Below, one piece after another: positions 38,856 to 47,552 of a stretch of 64,000 bases of DNA (position 1 is its first letter; the number at the start of each line of letters is the position of its first letter). The notes beneath the pieces are model-generated. The model did not search any database. It was not told the DNA's origin and worked only from the letters and a program-made list of their open reading frames with translations. The DNA is from an uncultured Thalassospiraceae bacterium (lineage in GTDB: Bacteria > Pseudomonadota > Alphaproteobacteria > Rhodospirillales > Casp-alpha2): contig CAZQZB010000004.1 of assembly GCA_964597695.1 (NCBI GenBank), positions 14,001 to 78,000 on the forward strand. The letters run 5' to 3'. The position numbers were made by a program, and so were the translations under genes.

Positions 38856-41427
38856 TGATAATCCTATTGGGCACGAAAATAATCTTGCGAACCGGTTTAT
38901 CACCGATTGCCGCCTTTACGTTGGCAACTTCTAGGGCCGCGGCCTGGGCGGACTCCTGATCGGTGTCCAGGGGCAACAAAACCTCTCCGCGCCGCTTTCC
39001 ATTCACCTGTACGGCGACCGGCACGGTGTCCTCCACCAAATAGGCGGCTTTTGCCATGGGCCAATCCTCATCCGCAAGGAGGGTTTCATGGCCCAGACTA
39101 TGCCATAATTCTTCGCCCAGGTGGGGCATCATCGGCCCGACTAGCCTAACGACGGTTTCAAGGGTAAATCTCCTGACCCAGGCGGCGGCATCGTTGTCTC
39201 CCGCAAGATCATCCACGCAATTTGTGAGTTCTCTAATCCGTGCAACAACTTTGTTGAAGTGGAAACGCTCAAAGTCCCTCGTAACGTTAGCGATAGTTTT
39301 GTGGGTTTCCTTAAGGGTAAAAATTAGCCCTGGAGAATCCTTTTCGCCCGCTTCGATGTTTGGGCGCGGGGCACCAATGGGGATGATGGGCTTTCCGGGA
39401 TCCCGTCCGTTGACCATGCGCCATAACCGGTTCACGTATCGCCAGGCGCCCTCTATGCCGGCCTCGGTCCAGTCCAGGTCGCGGTCGGGGGGGCTATCGG
39501 ACAACATGAACAGGCGCGCGGTATCGGCGCCGTAGGTATCGATAATAGATTCAGGATCTACGATGTTCTTTTTCGACTTGCTCATTTTTTCGGAACGCCC
39601 GACCTCGACCGGTTTTCCCGTCGCCCGTTGGACCACAGTGCGGTCGCCGCTCCACTCAACATCGTCGGGAAACAGCCAACGGCCGGTCTCGTCCTTGTAG
39701 GTCTCGTGGCAGATCATGCCCTGGGTCAAAAGCCCTTCAAAAGGTTCTTTGATTTCCAGATATCCGCACTGTTTCAGAGCTCGGGTGAAAAACCGGGAGT
39801 AAAGCAGGTGCAGGACGGCATGCTCTATGCCGCCGATATATTGATCGACCGGCAACCAGTAATCCGCCGCCTTTCGCTCGAAGGGGGTATCGGCGCCGGG
39901 TGAGCAGAACCGGGCAAAATACCAGGAAGACTCGAAAAAAGTGTCGAAGGTGTCCGTTTCCCGCCGCGCTGGTTTGCCGCAGGTGGGGCATTCGGTGTCT
40001 TTCCAGGTCGGGTGGCGTTCAAGCGGGTTCCCCGGTTTATCTAGGGCCACATCCTCAGGTAAAACAACCGGTAAATCGTCTTCGGGAACGGGAACGATAC
40101 CGCAATCAGAACAATGGATAACCGGGATGGGGCAACCCCAATAACGTTGCCGGGAAACGCCCCAGTCGCGAAGCCGGTAATTAACCCCCTTCCGGCCTTT
40201 GCCGCCGGCTTCCAGCCGCTCGGCGATCGCAGCCTTGGCTTCCTCGACGCTGAGTCCATTCAGAAAACTCGAATTTACTAGCACCCCGTCGTCGGTATAG
40301 GCCTCCGCGTCAACGCTAAAACCCTCGGCATCGATGTCTGAGGGCGCGACCACGGGAAGGACGTCAAGACCGTATTTTCGGGCGAAGTCCAAATCCCGCT
40401 GGTCATGGGCCGGGCACCCGAAAATGGAACCCGTTCCGTATTCCATGAGAACGAAGTTGGCGACGTAAAGAGGAAAGGCCTTGCCGTCCTGGAAAGGATG
40501 GATGACCCGGACACCGGTGTCGTAGCCCGTCTTCTCCGCCGTTTCGATGGCCACTTCGCTGGTTCCGGTCCGGCCGCATTCGTCGATGAACGCCTTGAGA
40601 TCGGGATCGTCGGTGGCCAGTTCCCGGGCCAGGGGATGGGTGGCGGCAAGGGCGCAGAAAGAGGCCCCGAATATGGTATCGGGGCGGGTGGTATAGACCT
40701 CGAGGTGCTCATCCAGTCCCTCAAGCTCGAAAAAAATATAAGCGCCTTCGGATCGGCCAATCCATTTCTCCTGCATCAGACGAACCCGACCTGGCCATCG
40801 TTCTAGGGTTTCGAGGTCCTTGAGCAGCTCTTCGGTGAACGCCGTGATTTTTAAAAACCACTGGGAAAGCAACCGTTTTTCAACGTCGGCTCCGGAACGC
40901 CACCCCTTGCCGTCAATGACCTGTTCGTTGGCGAGAACGGTGTTTTCCTCAGGATCCCAGTTGACCCAGGATTCTTTTTGGTAGGCTAGGCCCGCTGTGA
41001 AAAAATCCAGAAACATTTTTTGCTCATGGCGGTAATAATCCAAGTCGCAGGTCGCGATCTCGCGCGACCAGTCGTAAGATAACCCCATGATTTGGAGTTG
41101 CCGGCGCATGGTGGCGATGTTTTCCTGGGTCCAGTGGGCGGGGTGAACTTTGTTTTCGATGGCGGCGTTTTCCGCCGGCAGCCCAAAGGCGTCCCATCCC
41201 ATGGGGTGCAGCACGTTGAACCGTTGCGCCCGCTTGTACCGGGCGACCACGTCGCCCAAGGTGTAATTGCGGACGTGCCCCATGTGAATGCGCCCCGAGG
41301 GATAGGGAAACATTTCCAGCACGTAGTATTTCGGCTTGTCGTTATCCTCGGTAACGGCGAAACATTGACGATCCTCCCAGATCGCCTGCCACTTCGCTTC
41401 GGTTTCCTTAAAATTGTAACGCGACAT
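38842..41427 (-). CDS. leuS: leucine--tRNA ligase
   Basis: 861 aa. The HIGH region is [15 protein letters not shown], and the KMSKS motif is present as literal KMSKSKKN. Confidence 0.97.
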   Translation of the reverse strand: MSRYNFKETEAKWQAIWEDRQCFAVTEDNDKPKYYVLEMFPYPSGRIHMGHVRNYTLGDVVARYKRAQRFNVLHPMGWDAFGLPAENAAIENKVHPAHWTQENIATMRRQLQIMGLSYDWSREIATCDLDYYRHEQKMFLDFFTAGLAYQKESWVNWDPEENTVLANEQVIDGKGWRSGADVEKRLLSQWFLKITAFTEELLKDLETLERWPGRVRLMQEKWIGRSEGAYIFFELEGLDEHLEVYTTRPDTIFGASFCALAATHPLARELATDDPDLKAFIDECGRTGTSEVAIETAEKTGYDTGVRVIHPFQDGKAFPLYVANFVLMEYGTGSIFGCPAHDQRDLDFARKYGLDVLPVVAPSDIDAEGFSVDAEAYTDDGVLVNSSFLNGLSVEEAKAAIAERLEAGGKGRKGVNYRLRDWGVSRQRYWGCPIPVIHCSDCGIVPVPEDDLPVVLPEDVALDKPGNPLERHPTWKDTECPTCGKPARRETDTFDTFFESSWYFARFCSPGADTPFERKAADYWLPVDQYIGGIEHAVLHLLYSRFFTRALKQCGYLEIKEPFEGLLTQGMICHETYKDETGRWLFPDDVEWSGDRTVVQRATGKPVEVGRSEKMSKSKKNIVDPESIIDTYGADTARLFMLSDSPPDRDLDWTEAGIEGAWRYVNRLWRMVNGRDPGKPIIPIGAPRPNIEAGEKDSPGLIFTLKETHKTIANVTRDFERFHFNKVVARIRELTNCVDDLAGDNDAAAWVRRFTLETVVRLVGPMMPHLGEELWHSLGHETLLADEDWPMAKAAYLVEDTVPVAVQVNGKRRGEVLLPLDTDQESAQAAALEVANVKAAIGDKPVRKIIFVPNRIINVVV

Positions 41428-41580
41428 TTCGTTCTGGCCGGGTCAGTTTGCTAACGGTACTTGGATGACATGGCGGGCCCCAGCGCCGAACGATTTCGCG
41501 AATCCTTCAAGCGCTTCCCGGGATGGCGGGGCAGCCAATTTCATCTCATGCTATTCCCCAGGAGGCCAGCGTTCCGGCGG

Positions 41581-42138
41581 CTACTTCAAGGACTGATTCC
41601 GCAATTGCCTTGCACGGGTCAAAATGGCGTCTTCGATTTTTATCCCCGTTTCCTGGGGAACGCCGGCATCCCTCCAGCTTCCGCCACGACTCTGAACCTG
41701 CCTAAAGACGGCAACGCGGATTCCATCAGCGCGCAGCTTGCGGCCCAGGATATAGACATTTAGCTTAAAGCGCTCGCTGGGGGCCTCGGTGGCAGTATGC
41801 CAGTCGGTGATTATGACGCCGCCGAAGGGGTCGGCTGAATTGACGGGCATGAACGAGATTGTATCTAGCGAGGCGCGCCAAAGAAAACTGTTGACCCCAA
41901 GCGCGCCGGCGGAACCCTTGCCCGAGTCGTTGCTGTTGCCAAAAAAGGTTAATCCGCCTTGGCCGAAAATTGTATTTCGTTTAGAATAATCAATCGCAGT
42001 CGGATCTTCGAGTTCTAACTCTAAGCCCTGCTCCGGCTCAACACTTTCCCAACTTTCGCAGGCCGACAGCAAAAGACCACCGATACACAAAAAACACACC
42101 AGAATTCGGCCTGGAATATTTTCCATAGTCTGCTTCAT
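41581..42138 (-). CDS. DUF3576-family lipoprotein
   Basis: 185 aa. The signal peptide with lipobox is LLLSAC. The conserved core is VNSFLWRASLDTISFMPVNSADPFGGVIITDW...RFKLNVYI. Confidence 0.75.
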   Translation of the reverse strand: MKQTMENIPGRILVCFLCIGGLLLSACESWESVEPEQGLELELEDPTAIDYSKRNTIFGQGGLTFFGNSNDSGKGSAGALGVNSFLWRASLDTISFMPVNSADPFGGVIITDWHTATEAPSERFKLNVYILGRKLRADGIRVAVFRQVQSRGGSWRDAGVPQETGIKIEDAILTRARQLRNQSLK

Positions 42139-42367
42139 TATTGATCTGGCGCCATTTTCCGAAGGCGCCTCCCCTCGTTCGGGCCTTTATTATAATATAA
42201 CCGGTCCCTCATCTGATCAAACCCACAGTTCCCCATTTATGCCGCTGTTCGTTTGGGGAAGGGTTCAATTTTTTATTAAAAATCAATTAATTGTAGAAAA
42301 CCATGAGGCCCAGGACAACCCGCCTTCAGGCGGTCTGATTTATGCCGTTTTCGATTTAAGGGTGTTT

Positions 42368-42988
42368 TTAGATCAAAAAAACGCCGACCCCCGCCAGACC
42401 GGCGGCACCGCTGCCTTTCAGCCGCCGCTGAGAGGTTTCGGATACGCCGCCCAAGGCATAGACCGGAAGCGGACTCTCCCGGCACCAGGTGGCGAACATC
42501 AAACACCCCAGGACCCGGGAATCTGGGTGGCTGGCGGTCTGGAAGACCGGGGCCAGCAACGCCGCGTCGGCGCCCGAGCGAGCGGCCCTGAAAAGCGCAG
42601 CCGGCGAATGAGCAGCTGCGGTGATCAACCAGTCCGGGCGCCGCCAGGCCCGCCACCGCCCGGGGCCGCGGGCGGCTAAATATTCCGGTATGTGCAGGCC
42701 GTCCGCGCCGACCTTCTGGGCCAGTCGGGCGTCTCCGGCGATGAGGATAGGAATTCCCCTTCGCCGGCCCAGAGCGACCAGCCTGACAGCCAAGTCCTCT
42801 CGGCCGGGAAAGCCATAATGGCGGAGAATGACGGCGCTGTTTTCAGGCAGGGAGCGGACAACTGGCAAGGGATCCACCAGGCGCTTTTCGTCGGTCATCA
42901 ATATGAAGTCGGGTAGGGCTCGAGCGTCAAATTGCCGCCTGTTGCCGAGGTCTAAATTGAGGCAGCTCGTCAGGTTTGTTAGGCTCAT
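42368..42988 (-). CDS. thiamine-phosphate synthase family protein (ThiE/TenI-like)
   Basis: 206 aa. ILRHYG, GADGLHIP, and APVF...YALGGV match the TMP-synthase TIM-barrel family. I saw no TPP riboswitch upstream. Confidence 0.7.
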   Translation of the reverse strand: MSLTNLTSCLNLDLGNRRQFDARALPDFILMTDEKRLVDPLPVVRSLPENSAVILRHYGFPGREDLAVRLVALGRRRGIPILIAGDARLAQKVGADGLHIPEYLAARGPGRWRAWRRPDWLITAAAHSPAALFRAARSGADAALLAPVFQTASHPDSRVLGCLMFATWCRESPLPVYALGGVSETSQRRLKGSGAAGLAGVGVFLI

Positions 42989-43029
42989 CGTCCGTGATCG
43001 CCCCGATTCTGGAAATCTTTTGGAGTTTC

Positions 43030-43767
43030 ATGGTAGCGCTAATGGTCTCGGAGACGGATATCAACGAAAATCTACGGACCGTGAGGGCCAGCATTGCCGA
43101 TGCCTCCGCCGTCGTCGGCCGTCGCCCGGACACCGTGACGCTAGTCGCCGTATCGAAAGCCCATCCGGTTGCCACCATCCGCCCGGCGCTAGAGTCTGGC
43201 CACCGGGTGTTCGGTGAAAACCGAGTCCAGGAGGCAGAGGAAAAATGGCCCGGCCTGAAAGTGGACTATCCCGACTCCACGCTGCACCTGATTGGGCCCC
43301 TACAGCGAAACAAGGCCCGCCTCGCCGTCCAACTTTTTGACGTCATCGAAACCATTGACCGGCCTAAATTGGCCCGCGCCATTGCCGCCGAAATAAAACA
43401 AAGCGGCAAAGGTCCCCTTTGCTTCGTGCAGGTCAACACCGGCGAAGAGCCCCAGAAAAGAGGCGTCGCGCCCGAGGAAGCTGACGCCTTTATCAGCGAA
43501 TGCCGTGACGGGTTGGGGCTCCCGATCGAAGGACTGATGTGCATCCCGCCGCAGGATGAAGAACCCTCCCTTCATTTTGCCTTGTTGGGCAAAATCGCCC
43601 GGCGCAACGGCCTTGAGGCCTTGAGCATGGGGATGAGCGCGGATTTCGAGACCGCGATCCGTTTCGGCGCTTCCCATGTGCGGATAGGGACCGCCGTTTT
43701 CGGTCCCAGGCCGGCGGCCAAACAGGAGCCCGGCGGCAAGACTAATCCAGCGGCGGTGCCTGACTGA
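43030..43767 (+). CDS. yggS: YggS-family pyridoxal-phosphate homeostasis protein
   Basis: Track ORF 42976..43767. ATG 43030 or 43042 is preferred. Features are VTLVAVSKAHP (PLP lysine), FGENRVQE, HLIGPLQRNK and LSMGMSADFETAI. Confidence 0.9.
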   Translation: MVALMVSETDINENLRTVRASIADASAVVGRRPDTVTLVAVSKAHPVATIRPALESGHRVFGENRVQEAEEKWPGLKVDYPDSTLHLIGPLQRNKARLAVQLFDVIETIDRPKLARAIAAEIKQSGKGPLCFVQVNTGEEPQKRGVAPEEADAFISECRDGLGLPIEGLMCIPPQDEEPSLHFALLGKIARRNGLEALSMGMSADFETAIRFGASHVRIGTAVFGPRPAAKQEPGGKTNPAAVPD

Positions 43768-44254
43768 CGGAAAGTCTGGCCCCTTCACCGCAATTTCCCA
43801 ACAAGTCCAGAAGGTCTTCAAGAGCCAAGGCGATACAGCCTTCCGTCGGGGAAAAATCGGGTGTTGCCACGTGGACGAATATGGCGCTTCCGAGCCCTAG
43901 TTTTACCGGGTTGTCGTTATGCCCGAGTTCGATAATGAGGTCATAAACCTGGTCCTGACGCCATAGGATTTCGAGGGAGGCGTTAAAAGGGCGGGTGACA
44001 AGGCGGTTATAGGCGTCGTCGGCGGGATCGTCACACCAGCCGTCCTCGGGGCTAAGCGCGCGGACCGCCAAACCCGTTGCCGGCACCGCCAACCGGTCCG
44101 GCCGGTAGTGGACCCGGCGTAGCGGAAAGGAACCAGACGGCGTCGCGCCGTCGCCTTCCTTTTTGGCGGCGGTAATACCGCCCCGGCCGATGGCGCAGGG
44201 AACCCGTTTGGTTTTCCAGGCCAGCGTTCCGGGGGGCCAGACCATGATCTCCAT
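43742..44254 (-). CDS. L,D-transpeptidase (YkuD) domain protein
   Basis: 170 aa. The catalytic region is GSAIFVHVATPDFSPTEGCIAL. Confidence 0.85.
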   Translation of the reverse strand: MEIMVWPPGTLAWKTKRVPCAIGRGGITAAKKEGDGATPSGSFPLRRVHYRPDRLAVPATGLAVRALSPEDGWCDDPADDAYNRLVTRPFNASLEILWRQDQVYDLIIELGHNDNPVKLGLGSAIFVHVATPDFSPTEGCIALALEDLLDLLGNCGEGARLSVSQAPPLD

Positions 44255-44539
44255 GGCGGTGATTATAGCGTGTTTTCGGGGAAAGGGCTGTCAGTCAACG
44301 CGTCATATCAAGGGCGGACAGACGCTTGACGCCGGCAAGACCGACGCCGTCCTTATATTTTTTGAGCGCCATCACTACAGTCTCCGAAAACCATCTCCCA
44401 TAAAGGGTGCCAGAACGAGAATTTTTTGAAATCAGCTTTTTATAAATGAATTTGGGAACCAGAAACGGGCATCGTCGGCAATAGTTGCCCGAATCATCAA
44501 AAACAACGGCCAAACGCCTGTTGGCGGCTTGAAACAGGG

Positions 44540-45703
44540 TTAAAATACGTGTCCGCCACGCGTCGCCTTGGTGAGTAGGTAGTTTTCGTTGTGTTTGTTC
44601 GACGGAAAGGCATGAGGGACCCGTTCCTCAACGGCGATGCCGCAATTGGAAAGGGCCGAAACTTTGTCCGGGTTGTTAGTCATCAGCCGCGCCCGGTCGA
44701 AACCGAGCTGGTGCAGGATTTGGGCGGCGGGCAGATAAACCCGCTCATCGGCATCGAAGCCGAGTTGTTCGTTGGCGTCCATGGTGTCGAAACCCCGGTC
44801 CTGTAGTTCATAGGCCCTGAGCTTGTTGACGAGGCCAATACCCCGGCCTTCCTGAGCAAGGTAGATCAGGACACCGGCGCCGGCGGCGGTGATTTCCTTG
44901 ATGGCCCCTTGCAGTTGATCGCCGCAGTCGCACCGGAGGCTGCCCAGGAGATCGCCGGTAAAGCATTCGGAATGAAGACGGACCAGAGCCGGTTCGTCGG
45001 ACGCAGGGTCACCGATGACAATGGCCAGATGCTCAAGGCCGCCATCGAGAGGCCTGTAGGCGATGATACGCGTGTTCTGGGCGTTTGGGAGCGGCACCCT
45101 GGCAGAGCTGACGGCGCGAAGGGTTCTTGCCGCGATGCCGTCGTATTGGAAAATATCGCCCGCATCGACCAGCAGAAAATCATAGCGAGCCGTCCAGGCG
45201 GCCAAATCGTCAGCCATGGGGTCGGAAATTTCCGCGGTGACGGCCGAAGGCAAAAGCCGCGCGAGCTTCATCAACGCGACAGCGGCGCTTTCGCAGTCGT
45301 AGGTGGGGGTTTCCTTGACGCCAACGCTCAAGGCCGCCTTGTCGGATTCCGACAGAGGATAATCGGAAAGAGGGTCGGCGATATCACGGATGACGTCGGC
45401 CGACATGCCCCGCGGGTCGGAAAGGGTGACGACCTTTCCCACCGTTTCGGCCAAGCCCAGGACCGCGGCGCGGCGTGCAGTGATGGCGAGGACGGGATGG
45501 GAATGGCTTATGGTCCCGAGTTCCCGCAAAGCCTCGGGGGTGATCGCCTCGGCAGCCTGAACCAAAATCGCGACACCGCCGCCACCGCGAACGGCAACGA
45601 ACCGGCCGCGCCTGAGGTCCGACACTGCACGATCGATCGCCAACAGAGAAACCGGAGCCCGGGAAGCGGGCATCGATATGACCGTGAAAGGACCGTTGTT
45701 CAT
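44540..45703 (-). CDS. ribA: GTP cyclohydrolase II with N-terminal DHBP-synthase-like domain
   Basis: 387 aa. The C-terminal half is VRLHSECFTGDLLGSLRCDCGDQL...EGRGIGLVNKLRAYELQD, which is GTP cyclohydrolase II. The N-terminal half looks like a degenerate RibB-like domain. Confidence 0.9.
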   Translation of the reverse strand: MNNGPFTVISMPASRAPVSLLAIDRAVSDLRRGRFVAVRGGGGVAILVQAAEAITPEALRELGTISHSHPVLAITARRAAVLGLAETVGKVVTLSDPRGMSADVIRDIADPLSDYPLSESDKAALSVGVKETPTYDCESAAVALMKLARLLPSAVTAEISDPMADDLAAWTARYDFLLVDAGDIFQYDGIAARTLRAVSSARVPLPNAQNTRIIAYRPLDGGLEHLAIVIGDPASDEPALVRLHSECFTGDLLGSLRCDCGDQLQGAIKEITAAGAGVLIYLAQEGRGIGLVNKLRAYELQDRGFDTMDANEQLGFDADERVYLPAAQILHQLGFDRARLMTNNPDKVSALSNCGIAVEERVPHAFPSNKHNENYLLTKATRGGHVF

Positions 45704-45839
45704 CGTCTTATAATAAAGATATTTCTCGGCTTCACGGGAGGTTTATCTCGTTTGAAGACAATTGGCATATACTAATTTATAACATAGCGAAATATCATGT
45801 CCGCGCCGGCGTGGAAATAATAACGTTGATGGGAAAACC

Positions 45840-46517
45840 ATGACCGCAGGCAAGCAAATCCTCATTGTCGATGACGACACCACGCTTCTGGAGATGCTGG
45901 GCGAACAGTTGCAGTTGCATGAGGAGTTCACCACCACTGGCGCCAAGTCCGCCTCTGAGGCCTTGGTATTGGCAAAAGAGGATTATTTCGACGCGATTAT
46001 TCTTGACGTCGGGGTGGCGGATATGGATGGGCGGGATGTCTGCAGCCTCATGCGCCTAAACGGCGTTACCTCGCCGATTATCATGTTGACGGACGCCGAT
46101 ACCAACCTCGGCCTCGATGCCGGAGCCAACGATTACATTACCAAGCCGTTCCAGTTGGGCGTGCTTCTTACCCGGCTTAGCGCCCACATCCGCCAGCACG
46201 AACGAAGCGACGACGCCGTTTTAACTATCGGCCCCTATACGTTCAAACCAAGAAACAAGCTGCTTGTCCACAACACCGACGAAAAGAAAGTACGCCTAAC
46301 CGACAAGGAGACAGCGATCCTCAAATTCCTTTACCGGGCCGGCGACAAGGTTGTTAGCCGGGATGTTCTCCTGGACGAGGTCTGGGGTTACAACCCCGGC
46401 GTCACCACCCATACCTTGGAAACCCACGTTTATCGGCTGCGCCAGAAGATCGAATCGGACCCTTCAAACGCTCAGATCCTGACCACCGAGCCCGGCGGAT
46501 ATCAGTTGGTCTCTTGA
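45840..46517 (+). CDS. OmpR/PhoB-family response regulator
   Basis: 225 aa. The receiver domain has DDD, the phospho-acceptor in AIILDVG, T in IMLT, and K in ITKPF. The C-terminal winged helix is LTDKETAILKFLY...THVYRLRQKI. No adjacent histidine kinase is present in this window. Confidence 0.9.
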   Translation: MTAGKQILIVDDDTTLLEMLGEQLQLHEEFTTTGAKSASEALVLAKEDYFDAIILDVGVADMDGRDVCSLMRLNGVTSPIIMLTDADTNLGLDAGANDYITKPFQLGVLLTRLSAHIRQHERSDDAVLTIGPYTFKPRNKLLVHNTDEKKVRLTDKETAILKFLYRAGDKVVSRDVLLDEVWGYNPGVTTHTLETHVYRLRQKIESDPSNAQILTTEPGGYQLVS

Positions 46518-46578
46518 GCAGATCGGGATTGATCGGCGTCGCTTACGCGATCCGCTTTGAGCCACTCTTTCGGCCTCT

Positions 46579-46612
46579 AAAGAAAGCGCCCGGTAAGGGG
46601 AGACCGGGCGCT
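46579..46612 (-). terminator. GC-rich hairpin with T-run on the minus strand (possible terminator about 210 nt downstream of lolA)
   Basis: AGCGCCCGGT (46585-46594) pairs perfectly with ACCGGGCGCT (46603-46612). On the minus strand the hairpin is followed by TTCTTT. On the plus strand, downstream of the response regulator, no T-run follows. Confidence 0.4.
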
Positions 46613-46820
46613 TAGGCCTTAAGATTTAAGATCCAAAGGATGGTGGGAGTACTATCCTAGGGTAACCGGACCGGGTTAGGAGCCGCCCGGTGCGTTACCC
46701 TATTAGATAGAAACTCCAATACGCCCATACCAGTCCCGAATCGCGGCAACTGACGCTCCTCGGCGCGGCAAGGGAAAGACCCGTAAGCTTACCTAAAAAG
46801 AGCAGCCCCAAAAAGGCTTT

Positions 46821-47510
46821 CTAATGGAGGTTAGTGGTTTCGTCCGGGGGCTCGACGTGAAACAGATCTAGATTCAAGGGCACGTTGAACCTCGGGTCGA
46901 GCAGGGAGATATTCGTTACCACGCCTTGGGCGTCGGTGACCTTCCACTTCTTTAAACCCAACGGGTGGTCGCTGAAAATCAGGGTTATGTTTCCCTCCAG
47001 AGGGTCGTCACCCTTGATCACGGTCAACCTGAGAACCCCCGGACTCCGTTCGAACGCGCTAACGAGGAAATCTCCGGCGGAAAAGGAAATCCTCTCCCTA
47101 AGTAGAATAGAAGCCTGGGTACGTTCCAGGTTGATGTAGGTGACATATTCCAACTCCTTGTCGTAATAGCCAAGGTTGACGCCATCGGAAAAGATAACGA
47201 TGGACGACGGGCTGTCGTAATTGAGGCGCATTTTCCCTGGTTTGGAAAAATAAAAGTCGCCTTCCGTATAATCACCGTCGGAAGTTACCTGGAGAAACCG
47301 GGCCTGAAGAGTCTTGATCCGGTTCAGGTAGTTCTCGATGCGCGAGATATCGAACCAGTCGGCATCGCTGAGCTTAGCGATGCCCTGGGCCGCGGCAGGG
47401 GAATGGAAAAACCCGAAAATCAGGGCGACAAGCAAAAAAACGGCGCCGCCGATTAAGGGGCGTCGAACCTCGCCCGGCAAACAAGGAATTACGCTCCGGA
47501 ATCCGGTCAT
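46821..47510 (-). CDS. lolA: outer-membrane lipoprotein carrier protein LolA
   Basis: 229 aa with a signal peptide. LolA-like features are LQARFLQV...DFYFSKPGKMRLNY. It lies downstream of ftsK, as in many proteobacteria. Confidence 0.85.
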   Translation of the reverse strand: MTGFRSVIPCLPGEVRRPLIGGAVFLLVALIFGFFHSPAAAQGIAKLSDADWFDISRIENYLNRIKTLQARFLQVTSDGDYTEGDFYFSKPGKMRLNYDSPSSIVIFSDGVNLGYYDKELEYVTYINLERTQASILLRERISFSAGDFLVSAFERSPGVLRLTVIKGDDPLEGNITLIFSDHPLGLKKWKVTDAQGVVTNISLLDPRFNVPLNLDLFHVEPPDETTNLH

Positions 47511-47552
47511 GACCCGACCGTTTTAACCAAGAGATCGCCGTCGGTAAAGGGG

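Noticed and set aside
44295-44513. 72-aa minus-strand ORF in the ribA/L,D-transpeptidase spacer
   Set aside because: It has no family resemblance, atypical composition and no ribosome-binding site. It more likely belongs to the untranslated promoter/terminator region between the two genes.
45704-45839. FMN riboswitch upstream of ribA, and TPP riboswitch upstream of the ThiE-like gene (about 42989-43030)
   Set aside because: The conserved cores are absent on the relevant strand. These are the GGGCGGGGTGAAATTCCCCACCGG-type sequence for RFN and CTGAGA...ACCTGA for TPP. The leaders are also short.
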